The position numbers and the translations under genes are program-made. The notes beneath the pieces were generated by a model. The model had not been told where the DNA came from and ran no database searches. It worked only from the letters and a program-made list of their open reading frames with translations. Positions 40,388-55,194 of a DNA stretch of 64,000 nt are shown one piece after another. Source of the stretch: the human T2T-CHM13v2.0 reference genome, Homo sapiens; NCBI RefSeq assembly GCF_009914755.1, contig NC_060931.1; one strand, written 5' to 3'. Position 1 is the first letter of the stretch, and each line of letters starts with the position of its first letter.

Positions 40388-42134
40388 TGGTGCGCTTCAC
40401 CCCTGAATATTTCAGCATGTGTATGACTAACTAGAGCTCGACAGTTGTTTGCAGAGTTTTACTTTTTTAGGTAAACTTTACCCGGAGTGGAATGCAGCCA
40501 TTGTAAAGGTGCCATATTGTGCATTTGCATAAATGCCTGCAGTCGGTGGTCGGACCTGAAGGAAGAGAAAGACAATTTCCCCGACTCCAGAAAGTTGTCT
40601 CCTCAGTCAGCGCCGCGGGCAAACCTGTTCTGATGTTTTTCCCCACAGATGAGTTTTGTGTGTTGTAGAACTTCACACAATAGCTACTTCCTGGGACAGG
40701 GCTTTGAGACTTGTCTGGATCTACGCGTGCATCCGTACTCAGTTCCTTTCCATTGCCGAGTAGCGTTTTGCTCATTTATGTTGGCATTTTCTCTTTTTTA
40801 TATTTGAGTTGTAGGACTTCTTTATACACTCCTGATAAAGTCCTACGGGTTTTGCACAACTTTTTCTCCCAGTCTGTGTCTTGCCGATTTATTTTCTTCA
40901 TGGAATATTGACAAAAATAATTTTTAATTTGATAAAGTCTGATTTGTCAAAAATTTTTTCTCTGCCTTAAGAAACCTTCCCTATATCCAGGACATAAAGA
41001 CATTACCCTGCACTTTTGTCTGGAGGCCTTACAGTTTTATATTTTACATTTGGTAATATCTCCACCTAGAATTAAGTTTTGGGTAATGGTGTCAGATAAG
41101 TGTCAAAGTTTTTTCCCCATAAAATCATCCTGGCACCGTTCGTTGAAAAGATTTTGTTTCCCCAATGAGATTGTTTTGATGTCTTTGCCGAAATCAATTT
41201 CCTATATGTGTGAGGGTCTATTTCTAAACTCTCTGTTCTATTCCATTGATCTATTTGCCTATCTTAACATAAATAGCACGGTATTTATAACTGTACCTTT
41301 ACAATACATATTGAAATCAGGTACTGAGAGTCTTACAGCTTTTCTTTTTCAAAGTTGTTTGGGCTATTCTAGGTTCTTTGCAATTCCAAATAAATTGTAT
41401 AATCAGTTTGTCAGTTTATACGAGAAAACCCGCTGGGACTATGATTAGGATTGTGTTGAAGCCATAAATGCGTTGTGGGAAAACTGACATCTTAGCACGT
41501 AGCTCAAATTTTTATAGTACTCTAAATGACGTTTTTAAATTTTCCATTTCTGATTATTTCTCAGTATGCAGATATAAAATTAATTTTTCTCTGCTGATTT
41601 TATATTTTTCCATCTCACTAAACTCACTTATCAGTTGTAATTGCTTTTTGTCGATTCCGTAAGATTCTCTACCTACAGCCCGTCTTCTGTGAATACAGGT
41701 TTACCGTTTCATTTCCAGTCTGGATGCTTTTCACTTATTTTCTTGCTCTACTGCCCTGGCTGGAGCCTCCAGGACCGTGTTGAATAGTAGGAGCAAGAGT
41801 AGACATCCTTACCTTGCTCCTGGTCTTAAGAGGGAAGCATTCGATCTTTATACCCGTTATAAAGTTTATAGGCCACAGGTTTTTATACATAGATACCCTT
41901 TATCAGGTTGAGCAACTTTCCTTCTATTCCTAGTTTACTGAGAGTTTTTACTGGGAATGGATGTGATATTTTGTCAAATGATTTTTCTGCACTTACTGAG
42001 ATAATTATAGGGATATTCTTTTCTGCTTTACTAATATGCTTCATTACACTGATTATTTTGCAAATGTTAAATCATCCCTGAATTCCTGGAATAAGCTCCA
42101 TTTGGCAATTATAGATATACATACATATATGTGT

Positions 42135-42428
42135 TTTTAGAAACAATGTTTTACTCTGTCATCCGGGCTGGAGTGCAGAGTACGGGGGCACGATCGTAGC
42201 TCAGCGTAACCTTGAACTCCTGGGCTCAAGTGTTCCTCCCACCTCAGCCTCCCCAGTAGCTGGGGCTACAGGTTTATGCCACCATGCCTTGTTAATTTTT
42301 TTAAAGAATTCTTTTCACACCAGGTCTCCCTGTGTTGCCCAGACTGGTCTCGAACGCCTGGCCTCAAAGTGATCCTCCTGCATCACCTTCCCAAGTAGCT
42401 GGGATTACAGGTGTGAGCCTGGCCCGGC
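42135..42428 (-). mobile_element. AluJ
   Basis: Diverged Alu. Confidence 0.8.
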
Positions 42429-43955
42429 TCTAGTAGACTTTTTATATGAGGAGTATTAGCCTTTAGTTTTCTTTTCTTCTTATGACTTTGACCTGTTTGG
42501 GTATTAAGGTAACGATGACTTTGTAGAATGAGCTAAGAAGTATTCCCAGCTTTTCAATTTCAAATGGGCCATTTTCAAGCCTTTATTTCTTTAAAAACAT
42601 TTGCTGCCCCACCCCCTGCCTACTTTCGGGCACCCCAATTATACGTACATTAGTCTCCTTGAAGTGGCTTCTGCGCTCACTGATGCCCTGGTCATTTTCT
42701 CACTCTGTGTTTGCCGTGGTTTTACCTTAGATCGTTTCTATTGCTATGGCTGTAAGTCCACTAACCTTTTCTTCCGCAATGTCTCATCTGTTGTTACTAT
42801 CATTTGTCGGTTTTTCATCTCAGGCATGATCATTTTCATCTCTGGAAGTGCAATTTGTGTTTTTTAATATCTTCCACATAACTACTGAACTTTTGGCGGG
42901 GGGCGCATAAAGCACAGTTATAATAAGTGTTTAGTGTCTTTGCCTGCTAATTCTAACACGTATTCAGTCTGGGCTGGTTTAGATTGAATAATTCGTCGTC
43001 TCACTCTGGGTCATGTTTTCCTGCTCCTTATGTGTGGTAATCTTTAATTAGATGATAGACATTGTGAATTTTTCTTGGTTGGATTCTGGGTATTTTTATA
43101 TTTCTATAAATATTCTTGTGCTTTGTTTTGGGAAACTTCTCAGCCAATATCCCTTCAAATATTTCCCTTCCCTATTTTTCCCTGTGAAACCGCAGTTAGA
43201 CATATTACAGCATTTTAACTGAAGTTACTTGGAAACAGTTTGATCCTGAGCAGGAAAGATCAGTGTTTGGTTTAGGGCCAAACAGTTCCCGCTATGGAAG
43301 TGAGACTCCTCTGTGCTCTCTGCCCAGTGAGCCATGAACACACGAGGCTTCCGGTCTGGCTGGTGGGAACAGGCACTATTCCCTTCTCCTGTGTGGGCAC
43401 CAGGAACTGGTGCCACTAATCCTTTCAGGTGGTTCTCTCTGAAGCCGTGGGTACTCTCCTCACATAAAAATAACGCTGATGAATATTTAGCTGAATATTC
43501 AAGCGGCGGGGGTTTCCTCAGCAGATACCAGAACTCGCCTGTGCCCCTCTGCCCTCTCCTTCACTCTGTCCTGTGAACTCTCCCGTCTTAGTTTGTTCTT
43601 CCTGAACCCTCAGTTCTGTGTCCAAACTCCAGGAGTCTGCTGGGCTCCCCTGGATTCCGCCTCCCTGAGCCATGTCCTGAGAACGTCTTCAAGGCAGTAA
43701 GCCGGGGCGGCTGTAGGGCTCACCTTGCTGTTCCCATCGCTCAGAGATCATTATACTTTGTTACTTGATGTCTCGTTTCTTGAAAGCTCTTGTTTCACAT
43801 AGTCTGTCTGGTTTGGGTTATTTTAGGTAGAAGGGTAAATCCAGGTCCTGTTACTCCATGTTGGCCAGAAGCAAAGGTCTCCAGCTGCCTTTTTCTAAAT
43901 CATCTTTGCCTTTAGTTTTCTTCTCTTTCATTACAACGTGCCATGTGAGAATTCA

Positions 43956-44257
43956 TTTTTTTTTTTTTTTTTTTTTGAGACGGAGTCTCACTCTGTCGCC
44001 CAGGCTGGAGTGCAGTGGTGCCATCTAGGCTCACTGCAAGCTCCGCCTCCTGGGTTCACACCATTCTCCTGCCTCAGCCTCTGGAGTAGCTGGGACTACA
44101 GGCACCTGACACCACGCCCGGCTAATATTTTGTATTTTTAGTAGAGACAGGGTTTCACCATTTTAGCCAGGATGGTCTCGATCTCCTGACCTTGTGATCC
44201 ACCCGCCTTGGCCTCCCAAAGTGCTGGGATTACAGGCGTGAGCCACTGCACCCGGCC
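43956..44257 (-). mobile_element. AluY
   Basis: Consensus AluY with TSD AGAATTCATTTTT. Confidence 0.93.
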
Positions 44258-44901
44258 AGAATTCATTTTTATTCAACCTGCTCAGGACTTAGGATTTTGC
44301 ATCTGGAGATGCATGACTTCCATCAGTCCTGGAAATCTCTCAGCCATTATCTCTTCAAATGTCTCCCTTCCCTGATTTTCCCTGTGGAACTCCAATTAGA
44401 CACATATTACAACATTGTAATCTTTCAGGTAGATAGATCTGGGAAAGGAGACGTTTAAAGAGATAATGGTTGAGAGATTAACTTCCACAAAGATTAACTT
44501 CCAAAACAATAGCTATTTATCTATCTGTCTCAATCTTGGTAATTGATTCAGATCTATCTTATGAACTCTCAGTAGCTGTATCTACATTGTTTTAATTTCA
44601 GTGACTGTATTTTTCATTTTTAGGAGATTTTTTGTTGTTGTGGTTCTTTTCCAAATTTGCCTGGTTTTGTTCCATTGTTTGCTGATCTTTACTCATTTTT
44701 TAAGATAGCTTCTTTCCATGTTTTTAATTGTTTGACAATTTTTAATGCTGTGTATTTGATGACTCTTTTGTCTGAATTTCTTGAAGACATCGTCTTGCTG
44801 CCACACTGCTTTGCATACTTTGCATTTCTTCTTTGCAGGGTGTATAGGTTTCTCCTGTGAGTTCGTGGTCTGTAGTTTTATCTGGAAATCCTGCGTGGCC
44901 T

Positions 44902-44977
44902 CTGTTGAGGGTGTGTCCCCAGGGTGGTTTGCAATTTGCTGTTGAGGGTGTGTCCCCAGAGTGGTTTGCAATTTGCT
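44902..44977. repeat. Tandem duplication, 37-bp unit x2
   Basis: CTGTTGAGGGTGTGTCCCCAG(G/A)GTGGTTTGCAATTTG occurs twice. Confidence 0.9.
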
Positions 44978-47514
44978 CCTGCCAGAGGCCCCCAGGGATT
45001 TCCAGGCTCATCCCACTTTTCCCCCAGTTCCTCATTTGGGCATTCCCTGGCCTCATGGTGGTGTATTTTCTCAGCCTGACCACACTGCGGGCAGTTTTAT
45101 TGTTATAATTCTTAGCAGAAACTTTCTTCCCACGAGAGCTCAGACTAAAACAAACAAGCTCCTCTAGCGCCTGGGCTCCATGCGAGGGTCACGGTTCTAA
45201 CCCCCGGCTTGTGTGAGTCCAAGGTCTCATCTTTTTTCCATTGACGGGCATTGAAGCACAAGCCCGCTCACACACCTCCCGCGGCCGTTTTCAGCTTGGA
45301 CTTTTCCTAGTTTCTCAAAGCGCAGCTCTGCATTTGAAAGGGATCTGCCATGTTTTGGGATCTTTCTAAGGGATTTACTAAGTGATTAGTCAGACGTCCT
45401 TTTGGGGCAGTCCACAGCATTGCTTACACCAGATATAACCCCATTTTACAGGTAAGCAGACTGAGGCCACAAGCCCTCCCCAGTGACACAGGCTAACACG
45501 TGCGGAGCCTTGGATGACAAGGAAACTTGCTCTCGTGGAGACAGCAGAGATGCCTCAGTCAACAGCAGGGAGGCAGGACACGCACATTCTGACGGCACAC
45601 CCTTCCCCGATCTGCACCAGATGAAACGCAGAGAAACTCCAGTAACTTCCAAAACGATAGCTAACCAGGAACCAAGGATTACCGCTACACCCGGCCCACC
45701 CGAATACACCCTGAATTCCCTCTGTGCAGATCCCAGGACTTCTACGTTCTATTTCTGGCATTCTGGGATTCAGCCCGTTGACAAACCTGCCCCAGGCCAG
45801 GCCCAGCCAGGCAGGTCCTGAGAACAGGGTGCCACTGTGCCTGCGGGCAGCCCGCCGTCAGCTGGGAGGGATGGAGAAGCAGCAACTGCACCGGACATCT
45901 GCCAGGCAGTGTCGACGGCCACAGGGCACGGGGGCCAGCCAGACGTTATGAGACAGAATCAGCACCCTGTTTATTTGAAGCCACCTTTTCTCTCTAAAGG
46001 ATAACCAATTTGGTCTAAGTTTCTTAGATGATAGAGTAAAAGGTGAAAACCCCATGTATCCTCCCTTTGTATGCGTCAGCTCTTGCCATGACAATGCAGG
46101 GGAAAAGCCACGCAGCACCCAGCGGCTCTGGCAGGAGTAACCGCTGGTCAGGGCAGGCGCAGCCAGTGGCCATTCACAGGCTTGGGCAGCAGTAACCACC
46201 AGTCAGGGTAGACACAGCCAGTGTCTATTCACGGGGAGCTGAGCTGTGCTTTGCCTTGTGGGTTGGGCTCAGCCATCTGTGCTTTTTTCTGGGGCTCAGG
46301 CTCAGGTGGCAGCTACCCAGGGGGACGCTTGTTCCAGGCGGGTCAGGAGAGGTTCTGGAGTGCAGCCCTTACAGCGTACACAGCAGCTCAGCACTGAAGC
46401 CCCATGTTCAAACAGGTTCCACGCCAAGCCCAGTGTCAGGGAGTGGGGACGTGCCCTCCTTCCACAAGAGGGTGGGGATGAACGTTCTTTAATAACAGTT
46501 TTATCCACCTCACCTGCCTCCCTTCAACCCCAAACCCCAAAGGCAGCTGCCCTGAGCACCAGCGTGTGCCCTCTGCACACTCGTTTCTCTGCAGACGCAG
46601 ACCTCGCATTCTAGTTTTTGTCACACAGATTGGATCCCGCTCTGTGTACCATTCTGCCTTTTCCTCACCAGTAATCCCTCCCAGGTATTCGAGTCAATAT
46701 TTGCCGAGCTCTATTTCCCCAGCTCTGTGCTTGTGATCTTGCCAAAAAGGGTCAGGCGTAGCCTCTGATCTCTGGAAACGTGCACCCAGCATGCGTCTCT
46801 CTGCTTGTCTGAGCTGGCTTCCCTGAGAGAATCTGAGAACATTTTGGGATAACAGCACCCTCCTGTTTATTGCCTGATACCACATGAGCTCTCAGTCAGC
46901 CTGGGAGGTCAATCCCACAGGTTAGCCCTATTTTTGGCGAGGGCACATGGATGCTAGAGAAGTGGCCAAGATCACAGAGCAGCTGAGAGGCTAAGTTTAG
47001 TCCAGCCCCAACCCGGGCAGCTGCAGAGCCATGTTCTTGACCCCTCTCCACGCCCAGGGTTGGATGGTGCTGGAAGCGGATGATCTTCCTGATTCCAGGT
47101 GGTTCGTGGAGCAAGAGGGGCAGCCATGAGCACTCGGAGATCAGCAGGGAGAAGGCTGAGGTCACAGGGATCCCCTGTTACAAGGGTCAGGGGAACTTGG
47201 CTCAACATCACAGGTTCTGGGGGAGGGCAACGGTGGCGCAGGATTGGGGTGAGGGTTTTTGCCAAGGAATGCAGGAGATGAGAAGAGCAGGAGTGTGGGA
47301 TGGGTCACCCACAGCCTCCCCCTTCTCCCCACTACCTATCTATAAGTTATCACTGGCTCACACACAGAGGATGCTGTGGCAGAGAAGGAACTCACGCCCT
47401 GCCCAGACAGCTGCCCCTTGCTTGAGAGCACTGTTTGCTGAGCACTGTAGAACTTTATGCAGAGCCCAGGTAACTTCAGCCAGAGAGGGAATGCGATTTA
47501 AAATCTGGCCTAGA

Positions 47515-48668
<1,154 letters not shown>

Positions 48669-49699
48669 CTGTGTCTTCGTTTTAAAATGGCACACACACA
48701 GTCTGGCCCAGGATGAATCCTGCAGCCCCTTCCTGCTGGGTAAGACAGAGCACTTCAACTCTCTCTGAGCCTTCAGCTTCCTTGTGCCTGAAATAGGGGC
48801 AATAGTGCCTGACTCACAGGCTGTTACGCCAATTAAGCGAGATAAGGAGAGAAACACCCAGGACTATTGTGCTGAATTAATGAGATCATGCAAACAATGT
48901 AACCCCGGGATCGAAAATAGGGCCATTTAAAAACGTCACTTGGCCCTGTTCCCATCACACCTGTGGGTGACTTGGCTTGACACCTGGCAGTGGGCCATAA
49001 CCTCCCTGGATCTCTCCCCAAAGCAAATCCTTCAGCCTCTGTGCTGAAGTCCTAACAGCCTGGCCCTAAGCCCCTTTGCCCAGGACACTCACCTGAAGCC
49101 AGCATGTCCCTACCCACTCCAGCCAGGCCTGCAGGGAGGGTGGGACTTCTGAAACCACATCATGTCACACTCCTTTTCCCCGCAGCCCCCTTTAGGAAAC
49201 CCTGCCAGGTACCTAGAATAAAGTCCACGTCTTTATGGCCCACAGAGCTCTGGGATCGCCCTCCTCCACCTGCCCCAGGCCTCGGCAGCAACCGGCTTCA
49301 TGCATCACTCCACACCCAGCCCACCCAGCCACAGCAGCGCCCATGGGACAAGCCCAGGCTGTGGCCTTCCGGCTTTGCTGTGTTTTCCACTGCACTTCCC
49401 GCTGTGGGAAGTAGCTATGCCATGCTTTCTGATGTTAGGCTGCGTTCATTGCATGACAGTTTTGTGTGCCTGTTTCCTTGTTTGCCCCACAGGCTCCATC
49501 CACAGACCAGGCGGCGAGTGGTCAGCGCACGGGAGGACTGCCCTTGGGAAGCGCCGCCAAGGCCTTTCTAGCCTCAGTTTCCCAGCTGGAAAACGAGGGG
49601 TGCGGGCCCCTCATGCGCAGCCCCTCCTAGCTCTCGAGGTGCAGCGCGGGACTCCCTAGCCCAGGTGGCGATGTGCTTGTCATAAGCCCCTCTCCCTGT

Positions 49700-50210
49700 C
49701 TGGCCACGGAAGCCGAGGCCTGACCGGACGCTGAGGAGTGGGCAGCTTTCCCGTCATCCCACCCTTTCCAGATCTGTCCCCTAAAGCCGGACGTCCGCGC
49801 CCGCCCAGCAGCCGCCTTCCAGGAGCTCGGTGCACCTGCTGTCCCGCAGGTGAGGCCGAGGCTGCACGGCCGCGCCACGCCACCAGGTGGCAGCAGAGCG
49901 CCAGGGATGGGCCGGGCCGCGGGCTGGGCCAGGCGCAGAGGGCGGTGATCCGGGCCCCGCCCCAACCCCCGGCCACGCCCCCCGAGGCCCAGGCCCCGCC
50001 CCCGCCGCCCCGCAGACCCAGGTCTGGGGTCCAGGCCTGCAGCCCGACGCCCCGAAAGAGAGCAGCGCCCTGGACGGAGCGGGGTTGGGGTGGCAGTGGG
50101 AGGGCTCCACCAAGAAGGCTGGCTCTGTAAGCCCCTGACACCCATCTTCTCGCGCAGTCACTCCCACAGCCACCCTGTAAGAGGGGCTGAAACGCGGGGA
50201 ACGCTTGCAG
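49700..50210. promoter_or_regulatory. Small CpG island with CTCF motif and GC boxes
   Basis: CCACCAGGTGGCAGCA at 49880-49895 and several CCCCGCCCC boxes at 49955-50012. Confidence 0.7.
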
Positions 50211-50744
50211 AGCAGCTGTCCTGGTGCTCAGCGAGACAGTGACCTGCTCAGCCCCTGGCGTCCAGTCCGGCTGCCCTCAGGCCCCTCCCTACCCCATCTT
50301 TTCTCAAATGCCCTTTAGGGCCTCTGCACCAAATTGAAGCCGAGTGGTCTCTGGATTCACTCCTGTCCTGACCTAGGAGGGGTCTTGCCCAGACCCCAGG
50401 CCTGGGGCCTTGCTGGGGCCAGGAGGGCAAGGCGGGGAGGGGGCCCAGGGATGTTGAGCAGGAGACAGACCCAGGCCAGAGGTTTGCTGAGGACAGAGGG
50501 GCAAGGAAGGGCCCCAGGGACCCTAAGCAGTTGCCCCCTGGAAAAGACCCCACCCAGGGCCCTTGCTGAGGACAGAGGGCAGGGGACAGGGGGCTCAGGG
50601 ACCCTGAGCAGCTGCCAGGAGAGGGACCCAGGAAGTCCGGCCTCTCAAACTGAGGTGCCATCCACTCCCCTTGAGGGAGGCTCGGAGTCGGGAAATCCAG
50701 GCAGGTGGGAAGGCGCCCCCCTAGTGTCTTCTTCCTCCGCTGTG

Positions 50745-51434
50745 CTAGTTACATAAAAATTATGGAAGACCATGGTTTTGAACTAAGCGCCTGCTCTGGG
50801 TAAAAATCAAATGCAGTCACCCATGGTCAGGCTGTCTGTCACCAAACCCAACCGAAGTTGTCATCTGACCTTCCAAAAAATCAAGAGAGGGCGATTGGCC
50901 AGACACGGCGGCTCACACCTGTCATCCCAGCACTTTGGGAGCCTGAGGCAGGAGGATGGCTTGAGCTCAGGAGTCTGAGACCAGCCTGGGCAACACAGTG
51001 GAACCCTGTCTCTATAAAAATAATAAATTATTTTAAAAAACAAAAAAGAAAGAAAGAAAAGGAGAGAGAGAGAGAATGGCCAATTTCCCAAACAGGCCGG
51101 TTCCAGTCTTCAATCAGTGTGGAATGAAGTTCCCTCTGCTTTAATCCTTAGCCTGAAGTCACCCGATGTGAGACAATCGATTGGTTGTTTTTGTATTTTT
51201 CTGCTCCCTGTCCCCGCCCTGCAGGGACAGTAACTTTGAAACGACCCCTCCGCCTGTGTTCTTTGCCTCTGCTTTCTTCTAGGAAGCCCTTTCCATCTGT
51301 AAAGCCGCCCCCTCTGCTCAGCTCGAGGAAGCACTAGTTCTGTTTTACAGAGGGACACATTGCCCGATTCTAGAATCGAAATAGAGTCCATTAAGATCTT
51401 TAAACTACATGTGTTGTCATTCTGTCCGTTGACA
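50745..51434 (+). mobile_element. ERV1-class LTR (MER34-group-like) containing an Alu monomer
   Basis: AAATTATGGAAGACCATGGTTTTG start and ...ATTAAGATCTTTAAACTA..GTTGACA end. Alu left monomer at 50897-51060. Confidence 0.55.
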
Positions 51435-52174
51435 GTGGAAAACCATTTAACACATTGTTTTGTACTAAAGCAAACACAGATGTCCTCTGGAGTTGAATGC
51501 AAAGTTTCCATGAAATCCTGTTTAAAAAACAGAAATGTTGAAGCAATTTTGAACCTGGTGGGTGCTGTGTGGGGTTGTTCCCCCAGATCACAGTGGGGCC
51601 ACACATTTGGCGTCCTCTGATTTTACAGGTACGCCCACAGAGATGTTTGAGAAACCACACAAAACCCATGGTCCCCACTAACAGGGTCATAGGAGAGAAT
51701 TTGCTGGAAGTCTGGAGGGATGTCAGTGCTGGTGTGGGCAGGACACCAACGCCACAGGGTGGGGTGCGGGGTTGGCCCCCATGGCCACTCTAGCAGTGAC
51801 CATTCCAGCCTCATGTGCATTGGGGGAGGCCAGCGTGGGGGCAGTGCTACGAGGAGGGACTTGTAGACAGGCCGGGAGGTCGTACTTGCAAACCCTTCCC
51901 TCTACGTCCCCAGGCAGCATCTCCTCCCATCTTTCCCTGGACCTCCCACCCCAGCCTCCCCCAGCTCTGCCCTCTCCTGAGCCCCAAACCCACCTCTGAT
52001 GGTCAAGAGTCATATTAATAGAGTGTTGAATTTTAAGGTAAAAGCATGACTATCCTACAAATATGAAATGCAGCGAGGATTTTATTGAACGCCTTAATTA
52101 GCAAGGAAACCAATAAGACGTTAGAACTGGCTCACAGGAGAATTCAAAGCACATTATATAGAAAATAAGGAATG

Positions 52175-52480
52175 GGCCGGGCACGGTGGCTCACGCCTGT
52201 AATCCCGACACTTTGGGAGGCCAAGGAGGGTGGATCACTTGAGGTCAGGAGTTCAAGACCAGCCTGGCCAACATGGCGAAACCCCATCTCTACTAAAATT
52301 ACAAAAATTAGCCGGGTGTGGTGATGGGCACCTGCAGTCCCAGCTACTTGGAGGCTGAGGCAGGAGAATTGCTTGAACTCAGGAGGCGGAGGTTGCAGTG
52401 AGCCGAGATCGCGCCACTGCACTCCAGCCTGGGAGACAGAGCGAGATTCTGTCTCAAAAAAAAAAAAAAAAAAAAAAAAC
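52175..52480 (+). mobile_element. AluSx-like
   Basis: Alu consensus with long poly-A. Confidence 0.93.
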
Positions 52481-53579
52481 AAGGAGCACCGAAGTGGATT
52501 TACAGATGATGTAATGATCGACGGCATTCCACCAGACAAGGTTAACTTGCATTTTTACGGACACGCGTCATTTGTATTATTGTATTATTGTCAGGTTTCT
52601 GCAAAAGAGCGTGAAAGGCCGCAAGACCCCGGAAGGGTGCGGGAGACGGGACACACAATCCTTTTTGCCCATTTCAAAGTCTTAAAATTTTCCCGACACA
52701 GGCAAAACTGCCTACTTACCCACCATTGTCCCAAACACTAAAGGTCGCAAGCCAAGTCGGTCCTTACCTCCCCCGTCCCGCCAGTCAGCCCCATGACCGT
52801 CTCCGCAGGTGTCTGGGTCTTCACCCATCTCCTCTCCGAGTATGAGCCTCTGGTCTGCCCAGAAGCTGCCACCCGCCACCTCCCTGTCCCTCAAGGGTGT
52901 CATGTGGGAGTGGGTTCCACAGGCCCAGGTTCAAATCCTTTACTGGCTGTGTCATCTTGAAACCTGTGGTTCTGTGTCTCAGTCTCCACATTTGAAAATG
53001 GGAGTGGCATTGGCAGCCACCTGCCCACCCTTCTCCTTCCACGATGGAGGGAGACGTTGCTGCCGAGTGGTTGTGAGGACGGCGTGAGTCCACAGTGTGG
53101 GGTAGAGCAGACGGCTTCCAGTGCCCCACCCAGCCCCTCTCCCTTCACCCACTGTCTCTGCCCCACACACCTCCTGGCCCCAGCCCCCACACCCCACCTC
53201 CCCCCTCTCCAGCTGCATAGACCTCCCTCCCTCCAGCCGAAAGCATTCCTAGCTCCTGATCATCTTAAAAATAAAACCTGAATGCCTTGTGCAGGGGCAA
53301 GCTCCCTTCCATCCGGCCCTGAGTTCCAGCTCTGGCTCCACTGTTCAAGCGTCCGTCCCCCACCCATCCGTCTCTGTGTGCTTGGGCCAAGCTGCCCACA
53401 ACCCCTCTTCCAAAGGAGCCGTGATTCCCTCACATTCGTCACACAGTCCTCTCCCCTGGCCGTGTGCTCACACAGTCCTCTCCCCTGGCCGTGTTCTCAC
53501 ATAGCCCAGGCATCCAATCAGGGTGCTCCTCATGCAGACTGCAGGGACAGACACATCCTCTCTCCTGGGCAGGGTGGGA

Positions 53580-53830
53580 TATGCGATGTGAAGCCTGGCA
53601 CTGCAGCAGCTATTTTGTGCCCATGAGGAAGAGCTGGCTTTGGAATAAGGCCAACTATGCAGAGGGCAGAGATGGAAAGAAATTGAGGCCGTGACAGCCT
53701 CGTTGAGCCGCTGGGTCAAGCCAAGCCTGAACGCCACCTGCCTCCAGACCTCCCGGCATCAGTCCGTTCCCTCTCAGTGAAGGCAGTTGATTTGTCTTTT
53801 CTGTTCCATGCAGCCCATTGCTTCCTAACT
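53580..53830 (+). mobile_element. MaLR LTR fragment (MLT1K/L-like)
   Basis: GATGTGAAGCCTGG..GCAGCTATTTTGTG..GTTGAGCCGCTGG..CAAGCC..GCCTGAA. Confidence 0.55.
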
Positions 53831-55194
53831 CATTTCTTCCCCTCATCTGCACCTGTAGCTGGTTTCTGTCCTTGTGCTGTTTTCCTGGATACCCCAGGCA
53901 CTGCGTGGCCTGCTGTCTGTGTGTCCAGCCCACTCACTCCCTGTCCTTCCCACCAGCTAGCTGGCACTTATGGCCAAGTTTCCAGAGACCCACAGAGGTG
54001 GCCACTGCTCAGAAACAAGGCTTGTTCCTGGGGCGGTTGAGACAGAGATGGGCGCTGGTCCCCGTGTGAAGCTGTGGATACACCAGTGGGCAGCTGTCAT
54101 GTTCAGACCCAGGACCCAGTACCCGGCGTGGCCGCCCTGGCTGTCGTCACGGCTTCTTTTAAGGGGGCAGAGCAGATTGGCACAGATGTCAGGGGCCCAT
54201 GCATGTCCCTTGGCCTGGGGGACTTAGAAGTTTTCTCTGTATTTGGTTTCCCCTCTCTCAGCACTTTCTAATATACAGACTAAAACCCCAACTCACTGGG
54301 AGGCCAGGATATCAACGGGCTGGAGATTTATGAGGGAAGAGCCGGGTCCCACCAGCAGGCACTAATAGCTCCCTAATTCCTGTCATTAGTTAACGAGAGC
54401 CCCTAGGTTCTCTCTACACAGCAGCTCGAATGTAATTACCAGCTGGGAGTGCTGGGCACACAGGCCTTGTGTCCTGTGTTTTGCAAAATTCCCTGAAATG
54501 CACTTCATGATTCTGGAAGCTTCAGTCGGCCTGCAATTACAAGTAGCCCTTATTAAAAATCCATGCAGCCTCCCACATCAAACAAAATTAATCAGTAACA
54601 AGCTGTAAGGCTATTAGGTCATTTCCCAACACAGAGCAACTCAGGAGTGGCCCTATCTGATTGGCCCATGCACGGAGGCAGGAATTCTCCCATGTTTCTC
54701 TGAATGCCGTGAGCCTGACATGAGATGTTTGTCTTTGCTTGAATTACGTTTGGGTGTTATTCTGCTGAATCTATTCCCATTGGCCTGGCAGGCTCACTTT
54801 GCAGCGCACACACCACCAAGATGGTCATCTCATTTTGGCCAAGAGCATGAGGAAACATGTGGTCCCTGTTAGGGGAGGACCTCAGGTGTGGCCCTCCTCA
54901 CCTCAGCCAGGGGGCCGAGCAGGAGCTGTGAGACAGGGTCCTGCCCAGTCTCCCCGCACCCACCTTGCCCTTTGCATGCAGCTCTGGCGCACAGGCAGCC
55001 AGGATGAGTCCTTTCAGCAGGCGCTTTGAATCTCATAGCCACTGTCCTTCCCGTCCACCTGGCCCATCCCGGCCCGCCAGGCACCTGCACTGTCGGGTCT
55101 CTGCCGGCCTCTATGCCTGGCTCTTCACTCTGCCCACTGGCTGCCCCATGGTGGCCACAGCGACATCTCCCAGCCCAGCCAGGGGCTCTTCTTA

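Larger units (their letters stand above)
39700..44900 (-). mobile_element. Composite of old antisense L1 (L1MC/L1ME-like) fragments
   Basis: T-rich, with L1 antisense motifs (TGTTGAATAG..GACATCCTT..CTTGCTCCTG; CCTTCTATTCCTAGTTT; GTTACTTGGAAACAGTTTGATCC). Boundaries approximate. Confidence 0.7.

Noticed and set aside
50712-50728. Possible reverse-strand CTCF site (GGCGCCCCCCTAGTG)
   Set aside because: It has one extra G relative to consensus spacing, so it is a weak match.
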